A stretch of 32,000 nucleotides of DNA from Formosa sp. Hel1_33_131. GTDB lineage: Bacteria; Bacteroidota; Bacteroidia; Flavobacteriales; Flavobacteriaceae. The stretch is taken from positions 870,001-902,000 of the forward strand of contig NZ_CP017260.1 of assembly GCF_001735745.1 (NCBI RefSeq), read 5' to 3'. The position numbers and the translations under genes are program-made. Below are positions 26,049-32,000 of the stretch, piece after piece; the first letter of the stretch is position 1, and each line of letters starts with the position of its first letter. The notes beneath the pieces are model-generated. The model was not told the origin of the DNA. It did no database searches and was given only the letters and a program-made list of their open reading frames with translations.

Positions 26049-26990
26049 TTACATTATAAATTTTGAGCTAATAGACTCATTTTGATGCACTTTAGTCATC
26101 ACATCGGCAAATAAATCTGCACAGCTCAAGACTCTAATTTTCGGGCTCTCTTGAGACACCGGAATAGAATCTGTAACGATGAGTTCTTCTAGTTTTGAGT
26201 TTTCAAGACGTTCGTAAGCATTCCCAGATAAAATAGGGTGCGTACAAATGGCTCTTACACTCAAAGCCCCACGTTCCATCATCAGGTCGGCAGCTTTTGT
26301 GAGGGTTCCAGCAGTGTCAACCATATCATCGACCAATACTACATTTTTACCGGTCACATCGCCAATGAGTTCCATATGCGAAATGATATTGGCCTTGGCA
26401 CGTTGCTTATAACAGATGACAACATCGCTTCCCAATGCTTTTGAATAGGCATAGGCACGTTTAGAACCGCCCATATCGGGAGATGCTATGGTGAGGTTGT
26501 CTAAGTTTAAATTTCTTAAGTACGGTAAAAATATGGTGGATGCAAACATATGATCGACCGGTTTTTCAAAAAATCCTTGAATTTGATCGGCATGTAGGTC
26601 CATGGTTATAATACGAGTGGCTCCGGCTGTTTCCAGCATTTTAGCGACTAATTTAGCCGCAATGGGCACTCTTGGTTTGTCTTTTCGGTCTTGTCGTGCC
26701 CATCCAAAGTACGGGATGACAGCCGTAATATGTCTGGCAGACGCGCGTTTGGCGGCATCCAGCATCAACAATAACTCCATTAAATTCTCTGGTCCTGGAT
26801 TGGTAGAACCAATCAAGAACACCCGTGTTCCACGGATAGATTCTTCAAAAGAGGGTTGAAATTCACCATCACTATAGGTGGATGTAATGACATTTCCCAG
26901 AGGGATTCCGTAGGAAGCCGCTATTTTTTTACCGAGTACCATGGTATTGGTACAGGCGAATATTTTTGGTTCTGGAATGACGTTAGACAT
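26049..26990 (-). CDS. prs: Ribose-phosphate pyrophosphokinase
   Basis: 313 aa. A DLHA-type block (MDLHADQIQGFF) and the PRPP-binding loop VLVDDMVDTAGT. Confidence 0.95.
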   Translation of the reverse strand: MSNVIPEPKIFACTNTMVLGKKIAASYGIPLGNVITSTYSDGEFQPSFEESIRGTRVFLIGSTNPGPENLMELLLMLDAAKRASARHITAVIPYFGWARQDRKDKPRVPIAAKLVAKMLETAGATRIITMDLHADQIQGFFEKPVDHMFASTIFLPYLRNLNLDNLTIASPDMGGSKRAYAYSKALGSDVVICYKQRAKANIISHMELIGDVTGKNVVLVDDMVDTAGTLTKAADLMMERGALSVRAICTHPILSGNAYERLENSKLEELIVTDSIPVSQESPKIRVLSCADLFADVMTKVHQNESISSKFIM

Positions 26991-27232
26991 GATAGCGTTC
27001 TGTTTTTGAGAGCTTTAAACTGTTTTTTTAAACGAGCTGCAAATTTAGAAATTTATTTGAACTCTTAAAGGATATAAGTAACTATTTTTAATAGGATTAA
27101 AGAAATAATTATATTGTTCTGAAATCCATTAAAAACTAAAAAGGCAGACTAGAAGCAAGAAATAGAGAAAACTATTGGAAATCGGGTATAGGTAAAGAAA
27201 AATTACGATATTTGCGCGACTCCAAATAAATT

Positions 27233-27314
27233 GCTCAAGTGGTGGAATTGGTAGACACGTTGGATTCAAAATCCAATGTCGCAAGACGTGCGGGTTCGAT
27301 TCCCGCCTTGAGTA
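27233..27314 (+). tRNA. tRNA-Leu (anticodon CAA), class II with a long variable arm; no encoded CCA
   Basis: Manual cloverleaf: acceptor GCTCAAG/CTTGAGT, D-arm GTGGAATTGGTAGACAC, anticodon stem-loop TTGGA-TTCAAAA-TCCAA, variable arm GTCGCAAGACGT, T-arm GCGGGTTCGATTCCCGC. Position 1:72 is a G:T wobble. Confidence 0.9.
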
Positions 27315-27322
27315 CAAAATTT

Positions 27323-27362
27323 ATCCGTAATTACTTTATTTATAGAGTGTTACGGATTTTTT
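27323..27362 (+). terminator. Hairpin plus T-run after tRNA-Leu
   Basis: ATCCGTAA (27323-27330) / TTACGGAT (27350-27357), then TTTTT. The 19-nt loop is long for a canonical terminator. Confidence 0.45.
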
Positions 27363-27371
27363 AGTTTAATA

Positions 27372-27393
27372 TTTGTACGAATTTTGTACGAAT
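27372..27393. repeat. Perfect tandem duplication 2 x TTTGTACGAAT
   Basis: Read directly. It is followed by two copies of AATTTACT (27391-27398, 27411-27418). Confidence 0.85.
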
Positions 27394-27470
27394 TTACTAT
27401 TTTATGTATTAATTTACTGTAGTTATTAGCTTATTGTTTCTTTTGATTTCAATCAATATTTAAATCGCTT

Positions 27471-27806
27471 CTATTCACAACCAAAGGCTTTTTTTAAAGT
27501 GAAGTTTTCGTCTAGTAAAGTTGAGTGTATTTCTGAATTACCGTTATCATCTATTACAGTTATTTCAAATTTTCTAGGCTCTTCGATTTGTTCTATTGAT
27601 TTTTCGATTGATAAACGAGGTAAAGAATATTTAAGAGCCAAATCTAAAAGTTTAATTTTCTGTGATGCGTTTAGGCTCTCATAGTTTAAGTCATTTAAAA
27701 TTTTATCCACTAATTCGTGCAGGCTACCACGCAATTCCACGCCAATTGCAGTCCCCCTTTTAGATATCTTGCCAGCCTCTTTACCACTTTTACTATCAAA
27801 TCTCAT
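27471..27806 (-). CDS. Hypothetical protein (111 aa), basic N-terminus
   Basis: ORF only. The N-terminus reads MRFDSKSGKEAGKISKRGTA. No family could be assigned confidently. Confidence 0.45.
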   Translation of the reverse strand: MRFDSKSGKEAGKISKRGTAIGVELRGSLHELVDKILNDLNYESLNASQKIKLLDLALKYSLPRLSIEKSIEQIEEPRKFEITVIDDNGNSEIHSTLLDENFTLKKAFGCE

Positions 27807-27860
27807 CGTTATTTTACGTTATTTTATTATTTTAGATGCTTAACTTTTAAATCAAATATT

Positions 27861-28136
27861 ATGACAACTAAACTAAAAGACATTTTACTCTATTCACTTG
27901 CAATAATTGGAACTGCATCGTTATTTATTTCAGCTTCAAATCAGTCAACTTCACCAAACCCCACTACCCCCGAAAGTCACGTTTGGGAAATGTTTAATGG
28001 CAATGGCACTTATTTATTTAACAAGGTAAGTGGAGAAGTTAGAAAATATGACGGTCAATTCATTGAATTAAATAAAAAAGGAGAAGTTGAAGATATAAAA
28101 GCGAAGAGTTACACAATAATGGTAGAAGTAAAATGA
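27861..28136 (+). CDS. Small secreted or membrane-anchored protein (91 aa)
   Basis: The internal ATG at 27861 gives MTTKLKDILLYSLAIIGTASLFISASNQ (a signal/anchor). The upstream part of the track ORF overlaps the divergent gene and looks non-coding. Confidence 0.5.
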   Translation: MTTKLKDILLYSLAIIGTASLFISASNQSTSPNPTTPESHVWEMFNGNGTYLFNKVSGEVRKYDGQFIELNKKGEVEDIKAKSYTIMVEVK

Positions 28137-28137
28137 C

Positions 28138-28683
28138 TTACCTAAAATATATTGGGTTAATACGCCACTTGTTCAATCGTAAATCATACGCTACTGCATT
28201 AGAGGTTAATCTTGCTACTTCGCCCTTGTAAACGTGGGTGTGCTTTTCTATTTTTTCAAGACTAACGATGAGATACTGAAACGCTTCTAAACGCTTGTTT
28301 TCTTCTTCATTCTTGGTGTATTTAATGAATTGTTCTTTATCTACTTTAGTAAAAGGAGAGCCTTCCTTATCAAATAATAATTGAGTTTTGTTCTCTTCAA
28401 ACTCGACTTGAATATTATATAATTTATTGAGGTCAATCTCAAGTAAATTCAATATTTTATTTGGTGACAAATTCAGCGATTTAAGGCTTTTATTTTTATC
28501 TATTATCTTCTTAGTAGTGTAAGAGATGAAGTCCTCGCTAAACGCTTTTAAATCATCAATAGTGACGTGTTTTTTAGCCTCATCTATTGCTGTTTGTAGT
28601 AAAGTGATTTTAGCCTCTGCGACCTTTTCAGCTTGCTTTAACCCTTCGTTGCTAATCGTTATTACTTTCTTTTTAAATGCCAT
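28138..28683 (-). CDS. Hypothetical protein (181 aa), last gene of the RHH operon
   Basis: ORF with a 1-nt gap to the upstream gene and a 1-nt gap to the convergent gene. Lys/Glu-rich, predicted helical. Confidence 0.5.
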   Translation of the reverse strand: MAFKKKVITISNEGLKQAEKVAEAKITLLQTAIDEAKKHVTIDDLKAFSEDFISYTTKKIIDKNKSLKSLNLSPNKILNLLEIDLNKLYNIQVEFEENKTQLLFDKEGSPFTKVDKEQFIKYTKNEEENKRLEAFQYLIVSLEKIEKHTHVYKGEVARLTSNAVAYDLRLNKWRINPIYFR

Positions 28684-28684
28684 A

Positions 28685-28885
28685 TTATCCTTTTATTACT
28701 TTTACTGTTGACTTCCCAGCTTTCTGATTTATTAAATTTCTAATAATCTGCGCAAATGTGTCCGATGCTCTACTATCAGTTAATTTTCTAAGTGTTATTA
28801 ATTCATCTGGGGTTAGTTTAAGTTTTACCTCAATCATTTCTGGGTGTGAATTAGATAATTGTGTGTAGTAATGTTTTCTACTCAT
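28685..28885 (-). CDS. Small RHH-like protein (66 aa)
   Basis: IEVKLKLTPDELITLRKLTDSRASDTFAQIIRNLI fits a beta-strand/helix/helix ribbon-helix-helix pattern. Confidence 0.4.
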   Translation of the reverse strand: MSRKHYYTQLSNSHPEMIEVKLKLTPDELITLRKLTDSRASDTFAQIIRNLINQKAGKSTVKVIKG

Positions 28886-29009
28886 TTGAAAGATTTTTTG
28901 TTAATTCGTATCGCAAGTAAGAAGATAGTTTTAATCGGTTTTGTTTAGCCTTTTCTTGAAGTTTGGCTTTGTCCTTTGTTGACATTCTAATTGGCACTAT
29001 TTCATTCAT
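28878..29009 (-). CDS. 43-aa ribbon-helix-helix (MobC/CopG-like) protein, not in the ORF track
   Basis: Hand-translated: MNEIVPIRMSTKDKAKLQEKAKQNRLKLSSYLRYELTKNLSNE*. It matches the pattern of relaxosome accessory/RHH proteins (beta strand, SxxxK, ...LSSYLR). It overlaps the next gene's start by 8 nt. Confidence 0.55.
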   Translation of the reverse strand: MNEIVPIRMSTKDKAKLQEKAKQNRLKLSSYLRYELTKNLSNE

Positions 29010-29019
29010 ATATTAAAGT

Positions 29020-29052
29020 TTACATTAGTATATTAATATATAAAGAATGTAA
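29020..29052. promoter_or_regulatory. Nested palindrome in the divergent intergenic region: TTACATT...[TATATTAATATA]...AATGTAA
   Basis: A perfect 12-bp palindrome lies at 29029-29040, inside 7-bp inverted arms at 29020-29026 and 29046-29052. It starts 11 nt upstream of the RHH gene start, so it is a candidate RHH operator. Confidence 0.4.
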
Positions 29053-29062
29053 TATTATTTTG

Positions 29063-29070
29063 TATTTTTG
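29063..29070 (+). promoter_or_regulatory. Bacteroidota -7 promoter box TATTTTTG (TAnnTTTG)
   Basis: Perfect match to the consensus, ending 20 nt upstream of the lipoprotein ATG at 29091. Confidence 0.35.
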
Positions 29071-29090
29071 AAGTATAAACCAATTTAACT

Positions 29091-29846
29091 ATGAAAAACA
29101 TACTTTACTTATTTTTAGCTTTTGCACTATTTTCTTGCAGCGATGACGATAGCTCTGATACAAATGACAATACCTCTACAAACTATGGTTTAATCCCTAA
29201 AACTATAAATCTCTATTCTAACGGTGAGTTAACATCCCAATCTAATTATTTATATAATGAGAATAACTTAATTTCTATAACTGGTTCAGATGATGAATCC
29301 AATTCTGGGGTTAATTACTCCTATAACGAAGAGGGTATGATTAATAAGATAGAGATTGATGAATATTATAATCAAGAACTAGTTGGTACATTTAAATTCG
29401 ATTATATTTATAATAGTTCAAACGTGTTGGTTGAGATTATTTCGTATCAAGAAAATTACAGTGATGAAAGTTCTTCAATAGAAACATTTTCCATAGATTA
29501 TCCTCAAGAAAATGAAATACATATTTTTAGTGATGATGAAAATTGCACTGACATTTTAACTGTTGATAATGGAAACATCACCTCAATAGATGACTGTAGC
29601 TCAAATCAAACTAGGATTATTAATTATGACCAAAAAAATTCAGTTTTTAAAAATATTAAGGGAAATAATATCTTCTCTAATTATTTTGTTAATCCGTTGA
29701 TGAGTACAAAAAACAACAACATAGTAAGTGTTGATGGGTGGGAGCTTACCTACATTTACAATGAGCAGGATTATCCAATCAATATAACATTCAAGCAGTG
29801 TGAAACTTGTTCTATTCAAAGAATTGAAATAACATACACCAACTAA
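29091..29846 (+). CDS. Lipoprotein with degenerate YD-like repeats
   Basis: Lipobox LFSC|SDDD. Four repeats of [FY]xYNxxxxx[IL]xxI: NYLYNENNLISI, NYSYNEEGMINKI, DYIYNSSNVLVEI and TYIYNEQDYPINI. Confidence 0.7.
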   Translation: MKNILYLFLAFALFSCSDDDSSDTNDNTSTNYGLIPKTINLYSNGELTSQSNYLYNENNLISITGSDDESNSGVNYSYNEEGMINKIEIDEYYNQELVGTFKFDYIYNSSNVLVEIISYQENYSDESSSIETFSIDYPQENEIHIFSDDENCTDILTVDNGNITSIDDCSSNQTRIINYDQKNSVFKNIKGNNIFSNYFVNPLMSTKNNNIVSVDGWELTYIYNEQDYPINITFKQCETCSIQRIEITYTN

Positions 29847-30888
29847 ATGAAAAGAATTTTAATACTCACCACCATTCTAATCTTCGCCTGTAGTAGTGAT
29901 AGCGAGGGTAATCCTTGTATTTACGAGCCTACATTAACTACACAAGCTGTTACTGATATAACAGAAACATCAGCTACTTTAAATGGCGTTATAAGTATCG
30001 TATCAGAGAATTGTGACGTTCCTAATAATACTGAACAAGGTTTTGTCTATAGAAGACACTCAAGTCAATGTTAATGGGACTAATATTTCTACAACTATTG
30101 AGGGTTTAACGCCTAACACGACTTATTATGTAAGGGCTTTCTTGACTAACACTTTAGGAGAATTTTACAGTAATGAAGTTAGTTTTTCTACTGAAGAAGA
30201 GATAACAGGAAGTTGTGATGGAGCGCCTTATCCAAGTATTGTTTACGGAACTCAAGAATGGACTGTTGAGAATGCTTGCCACACTACTTATAGAGATGGC
30301 ACGCCTATACCACAAGTTACAGATAATGATGAATGGCGTTATTTAACTACAGGGGCTTGGTGTTATTATGGAAACGACCCTACCAATGAAGTGTTGTATA
30401 ATTGGTATGCGGTAGCAGGTATTCACGATACAGACCCTAACACACCTAACAAAGAATTTGCACCAGAGGGCTGGCACGCACCAAGTAATCTTGAGTGGAC
30501 TACCCTTGAAAACTATCTTATAGCAAATGGTTATAATTATGATGGTACAACCACAGGAAATAAAATAGCTAAGTCAATGGCATCAACAACAGGATGGTTA
30601 AGCTCAACAACACTAGGAACTCCAGGCAACAACCAAAGCACTAACAATAGTAGCGGCTTTAACGCCTTCCACACGGGCACTCGCTCATATTATGGAACAA
30701 TGAGCCCGGGTGATGATTTTGAACCTGAAGAATATGTTGTATTTTGGTCTTCAACTGGTTTTAATAATAATATTGAAAATTATGGTGCTTTTAGTCGCAA
30801 CTTGTACTACGACAGTAGTAGTCTCGAAACAGCTTACATAGACTATAGTGCAGCACACGGCTTCCCTGTTCGTTTAGTCAAAGACTAA
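29847..30888 (+). pseudogene. Lipoprotein with an Fn3-like domain and a Fib_succ_major (TIGR02145-type) domain, split by a +1 frameshift near 30041-30050
   Basis: ORF 29847..30074 (lipobox IFAC|SSD; ...ATLNGVISI...NNTEQGFVY) continues in the +1 frame as SIEDTQVNVNG...LTPNTTYYVRAF, then GTQEWTVEN...YNWYAV...PEGWHAPSNLEWTTL...GFPVRLVKD. Confidence 0.7.
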
Positions 30889-31108
30889 CAACTCTACTAA
30901 TAGGTAAAGGCAAGTTAGTTGCTTCTATCAAATAGCTTCCATTGTCTGTTTTAACCGTATATTTAAGCTTATCTATTCGTTCTATACTGATAATGGTTTT
31001 GGCGTTGTTTTCAGCCAATTTAAAGGCAATATAGCGGCATTGAATGTCGTCTATTTCAGTAGCTTCTAAAAGGTGCTTAAAAAGGCTGTTTTGGTTTGTT
31101 GTTTTCAT
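30878..31108 (-). CDS. Hypothetical protein (76 aa)
   Basis: ORF only. Its 3' end overlaps the convergent gene by 11 nt. Confidence 0.4.
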   Translation of the reverse strand: MKTTNQNSLFKHLLEATEIDDIQCRYIAFKLAENNAKTIISIERIDKLKYTVKTDNGSYLIEATNLPLPISRVVSL

Positions 31109-31150
31109 AGGTTTTTTTGTTGTTTAGACTACACGATATGGTGTAATATA

Positions 31151-31170
31151 TACATACATCATTGTATGTA
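31151..31170. other. Perfect 8-bp hairpin TACATACA-TCAT-TGTATGTA immediately downstream of the Rep-like gene
   Basis: Read directly. It ends 7 nt before the stop codon (31178-31180) of the minus-strand gene. Confidence 0.5.
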
Positions 31171-31177
31171 CATCAAA

Positions 31178-32000
31178 TTATTTAGGTATTAGATTTTTTG
31201 CTTGTATTTCGTCAATAAATTCACGCCACATTTTTCGATTGTGAGTAATAGTTTTTACGCCCACTTCGTTCATATTCACAATGCGTAATAAATCAGCTTT
31301 TAGATTACCTCTTGCTGAATGGTTTTTAATGTCTGGGTGGAACTCACTAACATAATATGGGATTGCTTCTTCAATATTGCATTTGACTAATTCAGCGTGT
31401 TTAAGCATTGCATAGTATTTAAATTTTTGTGACAGTGTCATTCCTTCTTTATGGCTTATTTCTCTGTATCCAGTCATATATTTTGACATTGGTCTATTAA
31501 AGACTTGAAGAAAGGCTCTATTTAATTCCAGCTTCAATAAGTCGTTTAAAGTTTTGACATTATATCCGTAAGTTTTGAAGTGTTGATTGTTTTTAATTGT
31601 TGTTTCTACACGAAGCAATCTATCATCATCAAAGAATTTATTTTGAGGATACCTATTGCCATCTAAATCAACCAGCTCGCCATTTAATTCAGCCTTTAAA
31701 TATGTTTCATAAAATGCAGTACTATTGTGTTTTAGTTCTACTGCTTTTGCATAATATTTAAGAAACTGCTTTGAATAAAAAGCCTTACCAACCTTACTTC
31801 TATTACCCCACCAGATGCCACAATTATTTTCCTCTCTTTTGCTATACACATTTATGTTTTTGCTTGGGATTGTTAGGTCTTTGCAAACCTTAATAACCTT
31901 TTTAATTCTTGTGTCTTTGGTGTCTAAATGATAATCAATACAGAAATCCACATCTACCACTAAAGCGTTTAAAAACTTCTCTTTTGTTATCGTAATTAAT
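31178..32000 (-). CDS. Putative replication-initiation/nicking protein (Rep_trans-like), 5' end outside the window
   Basis: The reading frame stays open upstream of the track's GTG (31960) to the window edge (LITITKEKFLNALVVDVDFCIDY...). Loose resemblance to Rep_trans blocks (DVDFCID; WWGNRS...FYSK; LLRVETTIKN). This is a weak assignment. Confidence 0.35.
   Translation of the reverse strand, partial: LITITKEKFLNALVVDVDFCIDYHLDTKDTRIKKVIKVCKDLTIPSKNINVYSKREENNCGIWWGNRSKVGKAFYSKQFLKYYAKAVELKHNSTAFYETYLKAELNGELVDLDGNRYPQNKFFDDDRLLRVETTIKNNQHFKTYGYNVKTLNDLLKLELNRAFLQVFNRPMSKYMTGYREISHKEGMTLSQKFKYYAMLKHAELVKCNIEEAIPYYVSEFHPDIKNHSARGNLKADLLRIVNMNEVGVKTITHNRKMWREFIDEIQAKNLIPK

Larger units (their letters stand above)
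27315..32000. mobile_element. Putative integrated element/genomic island abutting the tRNA-Leu 3' end (partial; the right end is outside the window)
   Basis: A sharp change occurs at the tRNA from conserved housekeeping genes to AT-richer, tightly packed small hypothetical genes on both strands. These include RHH-like proteins and a Rep-like gene. No integrase was seen in the window. Confidence 0.45.

Noticed and set aside
27129-27317. 62-aa minus-strand ORF
   Set aside because: It is antisense to, and largely made of, the tRNA-Leu gene. It is an artefact.
27315-27470. Integrase or att core immediately next to the tRNA
   Set aside because: I looked for a recombinase ORF on both strands between the tRNA and 28.1 kb and found none. 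I could not find a second copy of the tRNA 3' end inside the window, so integration remains an inference.
27717-27860. N-terminal 48 codons of track ORF 27717..28136
   Set aside because: This part overlaps the divergent gene 27471..27806 and the intergenic promoter region. The ATG at 27861 gives a clean signal-anchor N-terminus.
30013-30074. Independent start (MTFLIILNK...) for ORF 30013..30888
   Set aside because: The domain logic (Fn3-like repeat interrupted mid-domain) shows this is the downstream half of a frameshifted gene, not a separate gene with its own start.

Overview
The window looks like a chromosomal segment from a Flavobacteriia-type Bacteroidota genome. This rests on T9SS C-terminal sorting domains, TAnnTTTG-like -7 boxes, an OlsF-like fused acyltransferase and AT-rich intergenic DNA. 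Most of it is ordinary housekeeping: era (5' fragment), fbp, an SSAT-like GNAT translationally coupled to aspartate kinase, an OlsF-like acyltransferase, arsC, a VOC protein, DUF1801, a 2-hydroxyacid dehydrogenase, mgtE, rsmA, DUF4286, a TPR protein, serS, ribF, a T9SS-secreted M43 metalloprotease, pth, rplY, prs and tRNA-Leu(CAA).

Two accessory regions stand out.

(1) About 5.0-13.4 kb holds a double-glycine (GG) leader peptide export locus. It contains a HlyD adaptor, a small HTH protein, two GG-leader precursors with unusually anionic, aromatic-rich cores (one is missing from the ORF track), a frameshifted CPBP/Abi-type immunity-like protease, a family of repeated mini-transmembrane modules, and a C39-peptidase ABC transporter. 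A 1.8-kb segment splits the locus. It carries an AlbA_2/HATPase_c_4/wHTH gene and is bounded by perfect 32-bp direct repeats. A class II Fic-wHTH gene follows the locus. A repeated AT-rich segment with TTAATTACA motifs marks the left edge of both accessory cassettes.

(2) From the 3' end of tRNA-Leu (27.3 kb) to the window edge lies a more AT-rich, tightly packed set of small hypothetical genes. It includes two tandem RHH-like proteins, a lipoprotein pair (one a frameshifted Fib_succ_major-type protein) and a Rep-like gene that runs off the window. This is consistent with an integrated element whose far end, and any integrase, lie outside the window.

No CRISPR array, rRNA or transposase was found.
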